64,000 nt of DNA from Octopus sinensis (taxonomy: Eukaryota). Of this stretch, positions 12,646 to 25,897 are shown in pieces (position 1 is the stretch's first letter; each line of letters begins with the position of its first letter). The notes under the pieces are model-generated. The model was not told the origin of the DNA and did not search any database. It saw only the letters and a program-made list of their open reading frames with translations. The position numbers were made by a program, and so were the translations under genes. The stretch is from positions 47,244,001 to 47,308,000 of the forward strand of contig NC_043006.1 in assembly GCF_006345805.1 (NCBI RefSeq), written 5' to 3'.

Positions 12646-13164
12646 ATATTAGTTATATCCCTCGAGCAGTTTCTAATTCATGTTTGAATTTGTCCGCAGT
12701 ATGAAACGTTAGTATATACCAACGCAGGATTCTTACACCATTTTGCATATAGTCATAGAGACTGGTTTACCTTGCATCAGGACTCGCATAGGTACGCGAA
12801 GTTGACAAGTATCAAAAATGAGCAAAGTTCTATATCCATCGCTCCTAAATGGGATGTAATGCAAGTTATCTCGCTTGTCTCTGACTTCCAATATACTCTC
12901 TGACGCCTATAAGCGCAGCCTACCCACGAACTAGCAAAATTCATTACGTTGTGTTTGAGTGTTCGATATTGTGGAAATACCTGAGTTGGTGTCCAGGAGT
13001 GCGGTTGGCCACAACATCACTTTAGGACAGGAAACTTTGAGATAAAACTTGCACGTTCAGAGAGTGGAATTGCATTTGTACAAATCCTTCCCCATTATAA
13101 CACATCATCGCTGGTTTACAAATAAATATATATATATATAATATATATATATATATAATATATA

Positions 13165-13546
13165 TATATATAAAGCTGAAGTTGTCTGTGTATGGCAGGT
13201 TTAGTCGCCTTCAACTAACACTGTCTCCTCCGAGACCTAATTTGACCAAAATTGAGATTATTAATAGAAGAAGGCTTGCTCTTCATTTTGTAGAAGAAAA
13301 AATTCAAATCGGACCATGTTACGACCAAACATTATTTATATCAAAAAGGTGCTTTTTTTCTATGAAAATCCCTATTTTTACGATTGTTTGACTGCTGTGT
13401 CAACATTTTCGGTGTATTTCAACTAGAAAAATGTTGACTTAAAGAGAATAACAAGATAACAAGCTACATAATGCAAAATTTTTACTTTTCAAAAATTCCA
13501 ATTCTAAAGGGGCGAAACAAACCAGAACAACGCCGGGCGATACTGC

Positions 13547-13548
<2 letters not shown>
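13165..13548 (+). mobile_element. Non-autonomous Helitron-like element
   Basis: 3' end AACAACGCCGGGCGATACTGCTT matches the 3' end of the 47242-47613 Helitron; embedded in (TA)n. Confidence 0.65.
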
Positions 13549-13603
<55 letters not shown>

Positions 13604-13616
13604 TATATGTATTTTG

Positions 13617-13812
13617 ACACCCTTCGGTCATGAATGACCACGGGATTGCACCTAGAAACTTACCCTCCGAGGAACAAGTCTAGGCAAGTTTGTTTATGGA
13701 AGGCCACCAGTCGCCCAAGCATACCAACCTCCCTGCTCTACGCTACCGATGTTATTCAAGGGAAAGGCAAAAGCCGAAACTGCTCGGCACCAGTGACGTC
13801 GCAGCTCATTTA
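13617..13812 (-). mobile_element. SINE family D, 3' part
   Basis: Reverse complement matches 19470-19660. Confidence 0.75.
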
Positions 13813-14108
13813 TTAAAGTGCAAGTGGCTGAGCAATCCGCAGACACCTTTTACTTAGTTCTCGAGGAGATTCAGTGTGACACAGAGTGTGACAAGCCTGG
13901 CCCTTGAAAATACAGGAGACAACAGAAACAGGAAGAAAGAGTGAGAGAACTTTGTGGTGAAAGAGCACAGCAGGCGTCACCACCACCCCTTGCGGAAGCC
14001 TTTGGAGTTTGGGCTCGATAAACACTCATAATGCCCGGTCTGGGAATCGAAACCGCAATCCTACGACCGAGAGTCAGCTGCCCTAACCAATGGGCCATTA
14101 CGCCTCCA
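13813..14108 (-). mobile_element. tRNA-derived SINE family E (head related to family C)
   Basis: Minus-strand TGGAGGCGTAATGGCCCATTGGTTAGGGCAGC A-box and GGTTTCGATTCCC B-box; body partly shared with family C. Confidence 0.8.
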
Positions 14109-14155
14109 CACACACACACACACACACACATATGTATATGGATAGATAGATAGAT

Positions 14156-14219
<64 letters not shown>

Positions 14220-14329
14220 AACTTGCTTTGAAAAGGATGCGTGGCGTTCGATCATATAATTATATAAATAACATATATATATATGCATATATACATACAA
14301 ATAGGTACATACCTACATATATATGTATA

Positions 14330-14530
14330 TATACATGCATATGTAGTTACAGGACATCAAAAAACGTTGAACACAATGAGAAACGGAAACAAAAAGAAAA
14401 ACAGAAACGAGCTTTTTTTCGAACAACGAAAAAAAACAAACAAACAGAGAAGCGAGACATACAACATAAATAACGTTCCCCTTCTTCAGTTGTCCCTGTT
14501 TCAACCATTTGATACCATTTTTAATCTGTA
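14330..14530 (-). mobile_element. Penelope-terminal-like module with degenerate hammerhead motif (14403-14494)
   Basis: Minus strand CTGAAGA-A-GGGGAACG...CGTTGTTC-GAAA-AAAAGCTCG-TT; stems I and III are damaged. Confidence 0.4.
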
Positions 14531-14755
14531 GAAGTCACACACTGACTGAAATGTCCTGAGTTCCGTGCGTGAATACTGTAATAGACATGTGAGATGTGTG
14601 AGGGACACAAAAAGAAATGAGAATTAGCGATTTTGAAGATATAGATTCTATAGGTAGAAGATAAAATCAAAAGGAGTGATGCTCATTAAGACATATAGAC
14701 AGATATATATATATAATATATATATAATATATATATATAATATATATAGTATATA

Positions 14756-14786
<31 letters not shown>

Positions 14787-15559
14787 TGTGTGTGTGTTGG
14801 TGTGTTGTGTGTGTGTGGTGTGTGTGTGTGTTTTGTGCGTGTGTGAGCGTGTGCGTGTGTGTGTGTTTGTGTGTATGTTCTATCCTCTTTATACACATAA
14901 AAGGATGGAGATAGATGTAGGAGAGAGAGAGAGTGAAGGGGTAATTATCGAATAAACGCGATAAATCTGTACTCATTGACTTAAATGTAAATTAAAAAAA
15001 CATACTTTATTATTGTTATTATTAATTGCCTTTATTTCATTAATTCCTCGCCTATAATTGAAAAATAAATTATGCGCATATATTAATCAAAAGAGAACGC
15101 GCGTCTTCCATGTTACACTGAGTGACTATATTTGTGTATTTGCATATATGTGTGTATATGTGTATGTGTGATTATATTTGTGTATTTGTGCATTTGTGTG
15201 TTGTGAGTACGTGTGTGTGTGAATATGTGCGTGTGTGTGAGTACGTGTATGTGTGAGAGAGAGTACATGTGTGTGATTATGCGATTGAATGTGAGTACGT
15301 GTGCGTGTGAAAGTACGTGCGTAATTGTGTCCTTGTGTGCGAGTACGTGTGTGTGTTCATGTGTGTGTGAGTACATGTCTGTCTGTGTGCAGGTGTGTGT
15401 GTGTGTATGCATTTGAAATGTGATCGCTAATAGTTGAAAGTGAATATATATATAATATTTATATATATAATATTATATATATATATATAGTATTCAGGAT
15501 TTCCTTTTAAATCATTGTCTCCTGATGCTAAAATATATTTCATACCTGCGATTATGTTT

Positions 15560-15794
15560 GTTGGGATGATAATATAATAATAACAACAACAACAACACCA
15601 ACAACAACAATAACAATAATAATAATAATAACAACAGTAATAATAATAATGGTAATAATGTTATATTCTATGTTTTATATTGAGAGTGTGAAGAATAATT
15701 AGTGACAAAGATGCCTAAAAGAATAATGACATTCGGAATAATGATGGCAATAATAATGATAATGAATATGATTACGATGCAGATAATAAAGAAA

Positions 15795-15853
<59 letters not shown>

Positions 15854-16430
15854 GATTATGATTATGAGGAGGAGGAAAGGAGGAGGAAGTGGAAGAAGTG
15901 GAGATCAACGACGATGATGATGATGGTGGTGGTGGTGGTTTTTGGCGGTGGAGTTGGTGGTGGTGGTATTGATGTCGACAATGATGATAATTATGATGAT
16001 GATGATGATGAGGAGGAGGAGGAGGAGGTGGAAGGGGGAAAAGAGGAGGAGATTAACGATGATGATGATGTTGGTGGTGGTGGTGGTGGTGGTGCATTTG
16101 GCGGTAGAATTGGTGGTGGTGGTGGTGTTGATGTCAACAATGATGATAATTATGATGATGACGATGAAGAGGAGGGGGAGGAAGCGGAGCGAGGGTAAGG
16201 AAGAAGAGGGGTGGAGGAGTTCGATGATAGTAGTGATGAAATTAGTGGTGGTGGTCCCGTTGGAAGTGGTGTTGGAGGTGGTAGTGGAGATGGTGGTAGA
16301 GATGATGGGTAGAATTGATGGTGCAGTTGACGGTAGTGGTTGTGGCGGTGGGAGGATAATGGTTATGTTGGTGGTAGTGAGTATGACGATGATGAGGATG
16401 AGGATTATGATGATTACAGAAAATTAATAA
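15560..16430. repeat. Compound trinucleotide microsatellite block (AAT, AAC, GAT, GGT, GAG)
   Basis: Direct reading; includes a ~140-bp duplicated sub-unit at about 15900-16190. Confidence 0.9.
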
Positions 16431-17019
16431 TAGTGAAAGCACGAAAAATTATGATGTGCTCATAATTTATTATTATTATTTTTTATTCATTAAGCGATTA
16501 CAATAACAAGACTATCATTATAGCAGTACTTATAATTCTTGCAATGTTCATCACTTTAGGTAGAAAAGGTACTAAACAATCGCATTCTAAAGAAATCAAT
16601 GTGGAAATTATTCCTAACCTTGAAAATGGTAAAATCTGTCATGTTTTATTTTCTTCAAAAATTTAGAGTGAATTTCCTCATTTGTAATTCGGATTAGACA
16701 ACTGATAGCCTCTTAGACTCCAGTATTTGAAATTGTTCTATGTGTTCAGCAATCTTGTATGTGTCCGTATACATACATACATACATACATACATACATAC
16801 ATACATACATACATACATACATACATACATACATACATACATACATACATAGTATTTGCGCACAAAACACATGCACACACAGATATATATATACATGAAT
16901 GCATAATACATACATACATATGTATATGTGTGTGTGTGTATACGCAGGCGCTCACGTACGGGTGTATAGATGTTTATTTGTATATATTGTATATATATAT
17001 ATATATCTATATGTATCTA

Positions 17020-17086
<67 letters not shown>

Positions 17087-17449
17087 TCGAGCAAAACGCT
17101 CCCCGTCCAACGTACGGTGCTGAATTATGAAACATTTAAACCAAATTTTCTGAAAACAACTTGTCCGATCGTCCCATAGGCCTCCCCTTAGAGAAACACA
17201 GATTAACCTAAATTTGAGACATCAGAAAAGAAGAAATAAAGATAGACTTCTTTCTATTCCAAGAAAAAGGATTTTACAAATGCACGTTCCAACCGCTTTA
17301 TCAATCACATTTTTGCAATTTTTGCAAGACGTCTACACGTCCTGATACCGTCCGTATCTAAATATCAAATTTGAGCGCAATCGGATGCACGATGCCTTAG
17401 ATTCTAGAAGACACACACATACAGGCAGAACGGATTTTTATATAATAGA
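17087..17449 (-). mobile_element. Non-autonomous Helitron-like element, family H2
   Basis: Minus-strand 5' A|TCTATTATATAAAA; 3' hairpin CCGTAC..GGACGG followed by TTTTGCTCG; homologous to 30656-31410. Confidence 0.7.
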
Positions 17450-17455
17450 TATTGT

Positions 17456-17650
17456 GTCAGCCATTCGTCTGCAGCCATGTACGGGCAGCGTCTTCACGGG
17501 TTGTGGTCGAACTAATAGACTCCTGGCGATTTTTTAAACCATGTACTTATTCTATCGGTGTCTTTTGCCGAACTTCTAAGGTACACGGTCGTAAACTCGC
17601 CAACACCGGTTGTCAAGCGGTGGTGATGGGACTGAAAGACACACACACAC
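17456..17650 (-). mobile_element. Old SINE family A, 3' part
   Basis: GTACTTATTCTATCGGTGTCTTTTGCCGAAC and CCGGTTGTCAAGC segments. Confidence 0.65.
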
Positions 17651-17679
17651 ATACACAAATATATACATACATATATATG

Positions 17680-18130
17680 TCGGTTGTCTATTCATGCAAA
17701 ATCTGAGCACCTCTTGCACTTAATCCTTAGATCTATCGCGGCGTCTGATGCGGCTTTTAAACCAGACATTTTATTAAAAAGCACCCAAATAGATTGCACA
17801 TCTGATTTAAAGTACCAGCTGTTGCATTTAAATTCTGATTTTTGTGGATCTTAAAATATATGTTAAGGCCTCCGTGAGATTTGCAAACCATATGGCATTC
17901 ACGGCATTGAAAGGTGTGCACATATATAGGCAGTGTATTTTGTGGTGGTTCGTTTTTCATGGGTCCGCAAAAGAAAAAACATAATCTGTCACAAGCTGTG
18001 CACACAAAAAAGAAAACGTCATTGAAATTTACCTCCTCGATCACAACACTCGTCTTTAAATCTCATTTGAGTCTTGCATGCATCATCATGTCTTCTACCT
18101 TACTCAAAGCAGGCTATACAGAGAAAGTTA
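17680..18130 (-). pseudogene. RTE-clade LINE 3' fragment with C-terminal C2H2-like repeats
   Basis: FE*GRRHDDARLK*DL, FVCTACDRLC, FQCRECHMVCKSHGGLNIYFKIH. Confidence 0.65.
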
Positions 18131-18134
18131 CCTA

Positions 18135-19770
18135 CATTAATTCTATTCAAACTTATTCTAACTTTAGTAATAGAGACATAAAATGCAGTTGTAACGATAT
18201 GAACGAATTTAGTTTTTATTCAAACGCCGACATCAAACAGCGGAATGTGTTTTTACAGTGTAAGGGAGATATCCGTTAATTAACTCCCTGTTTTTCATTC
18301 TAAAGATAAATCGATGTCTTTTAAAGATAGTTACACTAAAAATAAGGCAACTACTAGCAAAACTATTTCGTTGATTATTCTTTATGGGAAACAAATTAAA
18401 TCTAATCTTCCTTTCCAGTTTCGGGAAGCTATTAATAGGAATTTACCAACGAATTCTAGGTATTACTCGATTATCAACTTGCACACGATTAGGATTAGTT
18501 TTTCTAATACAAAAGACATTTCATAAATTATCTCTTCGCACAATATTAGTCTGTTAAATAAGAATCCAATTATTGAAAATAATAACATTAATTTAGCTAA
18601 TACTAACCACGCCCCTAGAAATATTAACAAGGTCATTGTCTCTGAAATCAATTCCAACAGAATTAAGTTTCTGCCTAAGACGAAAAATTCTATATACCCG
18701 TATAAAATTACTTCCGGTACCGATGTCTTTTTTTATATAGGTAGTTCTTCTTCTCAGTTATCTAAAAGAATTTCTAATCATTACTCTAAATTTAGGGATA
18801 GTAATAAACGCAACAATACAGGGCTTAGTAAATTGATTTGGTATCTAAAAGAACATAATAAACAATTTAATTTACATTGGTTGATTCTCTCCATTTCATT
18901 CCCATATGATAAAGGTAAAGAATTTTGCCAACTCCATAATAGCGAACTATTTTCTATTCTATTTTCTAAGAATCCTCTCGTAAACACGTTTATAGAGCGT
19001 GCTTATCGATGTAAACATTGGCAGAAACATACCTTTACGTAATATCTACCATTCTATATAATTTGAACATTGATTTTCTTCCACTAGATATATCTATTTC
19101 CAAGCCTTTAAGCTTTTATTTTAATTCACATATCGCTCTATATTTCTTCTTTATTAGCCTTTTACTTATTTCTTTCCTTTTCCCATTCTCTTTCTACAGG
19201 CTACCAATGTTTTTTTTTTTAAACACTTAATAGCGTTCCGTTCATCATTATACACATCCATCACATTCAATTAAAATGTCTTATTGATGGGTTTGGTTTC
19301 TTTCTTTCTATCCCTGATGAGTGAAGGCGCACGTCTCAGTGGTTAGAGCGTCGAGCTTACGATCGTGAAGTTGTGAGCTCGAATCCCGGACCGGGCTGTG
19401 TGTTGTGTTCTTGAGCAACGCACTTTATTTCACGTTGCTCCAGTTCACACAGTTATAGAAATTAGTTGCAGCGTTACAGGTGCCAAGCTGTATCGGTCCT
19501 TGCCTTTCCCTTGGATAACACTGGTGGCGTGGAGAGGGGAGGCCGGTATGCATGGGCGAATGCTGGTCTTCCATAAAACAACCTTGCCATGACTTGTGCC
19601 TGGGAGGGTAACATTCTAGGTGCAATCCCATGGTCTGTGCCGTGACTGAAGGGGGTCTCAGATCCCTGATGAAAATATTGCATTGTTTGCACCATTTTAT
19701 TCCTTTGGAATAATACCAATGTTGTGTTCGAAAAATATGTCGGAAGTAAAAGAATTTGAATAACACCTGC
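18135..19770 (+). mobile_element. Penelope-like element 3' fragment: linker, GIY-YIG endonuclease and 3' UTR, interrupted by a SINE
   Basis: IINLHTIRISFSNTKDIS*IISSHN; YKITSGTDVFFYIGSSSSQLSKRISNHYSKF; LSKLIWYLKEHN..W.IL..C.L...E; hammerhead-like 3' end. Confidence 0.75.
19321..19661 (+). mobile_element. tRNA-derived SINE family D with 11-bp TSD
   Basis: A-box GTCTCAGTGG and B-box GAGCTCGAATCC; TSD ATCCCTGATGA at 19310-19320 and 19662-19672. Confidence 0.9.
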
Positions 19771-19797
19771 GTTATATATACATAAATATATACATAC

Positions 19798-19861
<64 letters not shown>

Positions 19862-19902
19862 GATATATATATATATATACATACATACATATATATATAT
19901 AT

Positions 19903-20152
19903 AAATTGTAATCAACGTGTAGATACTGAACTGTATATATATAAAGGATAAATTCCTTTTGTTCTTTTAAAAGCAGAAAACATTGACTGCTGGCTGCCGA
20001 CAAATTTTCTGCTTTTAAAAGAAAAGAATTTTATCCTTTATATATATACTGTTCATATCTACGCGTTAATTAAAATATATCTTTCCATTTGTTCTACAAT
20101 ACCTTTTAACGCTTCAAAAACAAACTTGTTTGTTTACATCGGACCTAACATG

Positions 20153-20196
<44 letters not shown>

Positions 20197-20492
20197 ATAT
20201 ATATAATATATATATATACATACATATATATATATATAATTTTAATCAACGTGTAGATACTGAACTGTATATATATAAAGGATAAATTCCTTTTGTTCTT
20301 TTAAAAGCAGAAAACATTGACTGCTGGCTGCCGACAAATTTTCCTGCTTTTAAAAGAAAAGAATTTTATCCTTTATATATATACTGTTCAATATCTACGC
20401 GTTAATTAAAATATATCTTTCCATTTGTTCTACAATACCTTTTAACGCTTCAAAAACAAACTTGTTTGTTTACATCGGACCTAACATGTGAA
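19903..20492. repeat. Tandem duplication of a ~255-bp (TA)n-flanked unit, each copy an internal fold-back
   Basis: Units 19903-20157 and 20238-20492 are nearly identical; hairpins at 19914-20067 and 20248-20403. Confidence 0.9.
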
Positions 20493-20504
20493 TATAATAT
20501 ATAT

Positions 20505-20582
<78 letters not shown>

Positions 20583-21514
20583 TATGATTGTATATCTATG
20601 ATATAATGGAGAAGGCTGCTTATTAATTGGGTAACAGTTACTAAAAGAAAGCAATTATGAATGGCTTGACCGTCTGGGAACTTTTTAATAAATTCATATT
20701 CCAAGAAATTTCCTGTGATTTCGATTTCTAAAGTTTAAATATTTGAACTAGAAGTTTTCTCCAATTTAAATGTTCTTTGCATTCACTGCAGAGTATATGT
20801 CATAAACCATATTAACACGTTACAGGCGAAATTTTCCGTTTTAATTTGCTACAGTCTCTCACTTGTATTTTCTTTAATGATAATTTAATATATATTCATT
20901 TCCATGTTCCCATTGCAAGTTTTAATCCGCTATTTCCAAAATCCATAGTTAATTTTATATACATAATGTAATAGAATTATTTTTTAAATGAATGATTACT
21001 ATTAGCCAAAGTACCTGAATAACTTTGAGGTTTCCATGATACAGTTTACCCGTATAATTAAGAAACCATTTATGACGTGATTTTGTTGGAATGGCTGTTT
21101 GGAACGCTATAAGCTGTAAAATAATAGCTATGTGATCGCTGCATTTTCTAGCACGCTAAACGTGTTAGGGTTACCTTGAAGTTTCTTTACATTACAGATA
21201 TATTACAACTATGATCAATTACTGAAAGAAACATTTACTAAGGAAGTGAGATTTTTTATAACTTGAAGTTTTCAGGAATATTTACCTTCTGAACTTCCTT
21301 CAATTATTGAATATGTCAAGTTCACAAGTTTAAATATTCGGTACAAGATAGTCTGACATTTTTTCGCTTGAACCAACTCACTTCGTTAATTTCCGTAAAA
21401 AGATTTTATTTATTTAACTTTTTGCGCGCTTTGTTCAGCTCTCTGTATTTGTAGTCAGTCACGCACGCACACGTGTGTTTTTGTATGGATGTTTGTATAC
21501 ATATATGCGTGTGT

Positions 21515-21545
<31 letters not shown>

Positions 21546-21652
21546 CGAGTTTGTATGAAGGAAGGGATGTGTTATCATGTATATGTACATACATAAATAC
21601 ATATGCATACCATGTTTTGTATGTATGCATGTGTGTCTGTAAGAGACAGTGC

Positions 21653-21696
<44 letters not shown>

Positions 21697-22050
21697 TCTA
21701 AGCAGCACTCTCTCTCTCTATCACACACATACGCAAACACACACGTCCATTTCATATACACGTACATACATTTTTCACTTTCTCCTCTCTTTCACTTTTA
21801 ACAAATGTCAATAAATAAACCTTTTTTTCTACGGAAATTAACGAACAAAACCAGCTGTTCATTTTGGTGATACTGAGGGTTCAACCCAAAGAATACTGAT
21901 AGTTTTTAACGCGCTTTTATCTATACGGTTTTTTAATTTCATGTTTATTTTATTCATTGTTTTCAATGTTCTCTTCCCGCGCTTTCGCTTTCTCTCTGAA
22001 ATATACACACACTGCCTCTCTAATATAAGCACACACTCCAGATTTTAGTG

Positions 22051-22086
22051 GCAGAAAAACCACCCGGAGGGCGGTTTTTCTGCTAG
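22051..22086 (+). mobile_element. Helitron-like 3' terminus (hairpin + CTAG|T)
   Basis: GCAGAAAAACC-A-CCC-GGA-GGG-C-GGTTTTTCTGC-TAG|T. Confidence 0.5.
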
Positions 22087-23099
22087 TATGTATGTAGGTG
22101 TCTATTTATGTATATGTATACTAACACGCACGTGCAAACAGGTACGTACTAATAGTCACAAGCATTTAAAATAAGTTCAATTCGAAGAAAGTTGTCCTCG
22201 TCATCTCGATAATATTCAACGTTCCCTCTACTCGCTGTTATTCAAGATGTTTTCTCTTCTGACACCAGTTTTGGCTGACATGTTTACCATCTCTACATAG
22301 CAGTTATTTCAAGAGCGGGGTAATTAAAATGTCTATTTCATTATTATGATCATTTACTAAAGTGGTTTTTGCATATCTGTTTATCGATACCAATAATTTC
22401 GAATGCAGGTTGTATATCGCAGAAAATAAAGACTTTGGACTTAGTTACTATTTTAGAGTCATTATTATCAGGTTATATATTCATGGTCTTCAGACCGGTG
22501 CTTGCATTGTGTCCTTCTTTGCCCATGTTGCTCCAGGACAATCAAATAAAATTGTCTGCTACTGACACTATGTGATTGAGCTTCCGACGGAATGCCCCCG
22601 CTCCCCGTTCTGGCAGAAAATCATGTGCTCTGAGGATAATCGCCATGGAAATCCGGATACAAACCGGTCCAATGAACGTACAGACACAAGAAAGCATTAC
22701 TGTACAACTGCTTGGAATATATGAGATAACAACAAAGATTCTACATCTATTTATTTGCGATAAAATAGCGTTTGCTTCCCAACAGGTTATGATTAGAAAT
22801 GATATAATTCAATAACTGACGCCGTTATGTATAACTGAAGTTACTAAATAATGACTTGACACAGCCTCAGAGCATGTTCACAGTGAACATGGGCGTAACG
22901 TTTTAAATGATATCACTAATAACCTCGAGAAATACAGTCTCTGAAAGCCAGATATCATATCCAATTCTCCTCACAAACCAGTGGCTTTGTTGCGCGCTAC
23001 CAAATCTCATTTAAGTTTATTAGTAAATCTAAGACTAATGTAATGGTATTGCTACGAATCTGTCTGTGAATACTGCGTTCATTTGATTCAGCTTTTGTC

Positions 23100-23650
23100 A
23101 GATCAAACATCGGACAGATTTATGTCCACTAGAATGGGTTGAACGGCGTTACATTTGACCATATAAAGACTATCCACAGATAAATCTTGAATATTGAGAG
23201 AAGTGTGATACAATTTCGGTAAGCCATAACTGTTACTAAAATTTAATCGATATTGGTTAATAGGGTCCACAATTCATGTCAAGTCAACATGTGTAGTGGG
23301 AATATAATTAGCTAGAGTATTGTGAAGTGAGACCTTTTGTGGTTATAAATTTACAGCTAGTTAAACAGCACTACGATTTTGACTGGGAAACGAACAATCG
23401 ACAGTTGTGTTGGTAATATGATCTGATATTCTATCGACATGGTTATCTGCCATTCTATGTTTAATTTATCAAACTTCACATGCTGAATATCTATTGTACT
23501 CCATTTGAACAGTTTGCATCAATTGTAATTATAAAGACATTGAGTTAATAGAATATTTAACATTTGTCAAAACTTAATGTAACAATGTCACTGTTCGTTG
23601 ATTTGATGGTAACTGAATTAGATGAGATGATATCACAGAGAGGTTTTTAT
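23100..23650 (-). pseudogene. Decayed fibronectin type III domain-like coding relic
   Basis: One frame reads PTTHVDLT*IVDPINQYRLNF...HTSLNIQDLSVDSLYMVKCNAV, with TGA at the FN3 Trp position; upstream LPSNQRTVTLLH*VLTNVKYSI. Confidence 0.45.
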
Positions 23651-23745
23651 CAATCATGTTGTCGACAGGTTTTATCTCAGAACACGCAACTATTAAATCA
23701 AAATCACGCGCTTATTCTTCTACATATACAGATACATTCACACAT

Positions 23746-23779
<34 letters not shown>

Positions 23780-24434
23780 ACAATCATACATTACACGGTG
23801 GCATAGCAAGTGTCTTATCATCTAAACTCAATTTTCTTTATCTGCACAATCATACGATCTAACTTTTGTTAGAAAATAAGCAGCTCATTATTCTTATTTT
23901 GACTTTCGTATAAGCTGAACGGCAATTTCTCTTGCAACAGACACAATAGTAAATCCAGCACAAATATATTATTCGTAACAAATATATAAGCTCGTGAGCT
24001 ACAGGAGGCTCATCTTCGTTCCATAGAATTATAATGGAAATAGAGGAGGTGGAAATCGGAGATGGTACGAAGCCTTTTTCTCTCGGTTTTGATTATTATT
24101 TTACTGAAAAATGATATTTAGATTATGCATAAGGTTGCATATAAACCCTAATAATTGATTACAACTTACTTTTCTCCACATTACAATTGCGAATGAAAAG
24201 TCAACCACACTTTGTTTTGAGCTGGATGTGCAAAAGGATTAACTACACGTTTTGAGACAAGATATTTACTCGTTCTTTTCATCGTTCTTCTCATATCCAT
24301 TCTTGCGAAATTGAATTAAAGCAAATATCAACAAAATCTCTATCAGATCGTGCGCCATCAAGAAGAAATATATCGAGAAACATATAGTGAATAATATGAT
24401 CTTAGATATATTATGGCAATATATATATATTATA

Positions 24435-24490
<56 letters not shown>

Positions 24491-25145
24491 TCATACGTGC
24501 GTGTGCTTAGTTGTGGAATGGCCATATATTTAAACACATTTCCAAGACTGTCTTGTGACATGTTGCTTTGGAGAAATTGGTTAAACACTTCATACCGTAT
24601 ATGAGAGTACGTAAGTTCAAATTTCTCGGAGGCAGCACGGCAATGATTTTTTTTATCACACTTTTATTAGGAAAATATGTTTTGACTACAAACTGTTATA
24701 TATATATATATATATATATATACGTTCCATTTTTAATTATGTTGGCCATAATGACACCAATATTCATTTTACAAATTGCGCTTAAGTCGACTCTGCAAGT
24801 CATTCTTTCTGGATCGATAAATCAAGTGCCAGTTGCGCACTAGGCCACTCCCCAACAATTTGGTGCCTATAGTAGAAAAGAATAATGGCTTCAAATTTTG
24901 ACACTAGGGCAACAATTACTACGGAGGGAATAACTTCGTACATCGACACCTAATGCTCAATGGGTAAATATATCCCGAAATCACATAAATAAGTAGCCGA
25001 AAATAGCAAACGTTTCGGGTGATTCCGGAAGAATGTTGCTGCGAAACAAACGTCGTAGTATACAAACATACACACACATACACATATACACACACGCATA
25101 CGCATATATGTGTTTGTATCTGTACGTCTCTCACTCTCTACCAAC

Positions 25146-25207
<62 letters not shown>

Positions 25208-25242
25208 GTCTGTCTGTCTGTCTGTCTGCCTGTCTGTCTGTC

Positions 25243-25284
<42 letters not shown>

Positions 25285-25506
25285 CCTCTCTATATATATA
25301 TATCTTATAAGGCGTATATCTAAACGAAATTTGCATTTTGGAAATTAGCAGGTTACTTTGGCAGAAGTCGCAAGGCTCTTGACTGCTATAGTTCGTATAC
25401 AAGAAGGCACACCTACGCACGCGCACACTCACACAAACACACATATATACACATGCATATATATATGACGTATATATATGTATAATAAATGATATATGCA
25501 TATATA

Positions 25507-25560
<54 letters not shown>

Positions 25561-25766
25561 CATATATATAAACTTATATATATACTTAAATATAAACATA
25601 TATATATATACATATATACACACACACCTATATATATATATATTATATATACATATATACATACATATATATACATATATACATACATACATATATACAT
25701 ATATATATACATACATATATACATATATATAAATACATATATATATACATATATACATATATATAA

Positions 25767-25803
<37 letters not shown>

Positions 25804-25854
25804 CAATATAATATATATACATACATATTTATATAAACATATGTATAAGTATGT

Positions 25855-25885
<31 letters not shown>

Positions 25886-25897
<12 letters not shown>

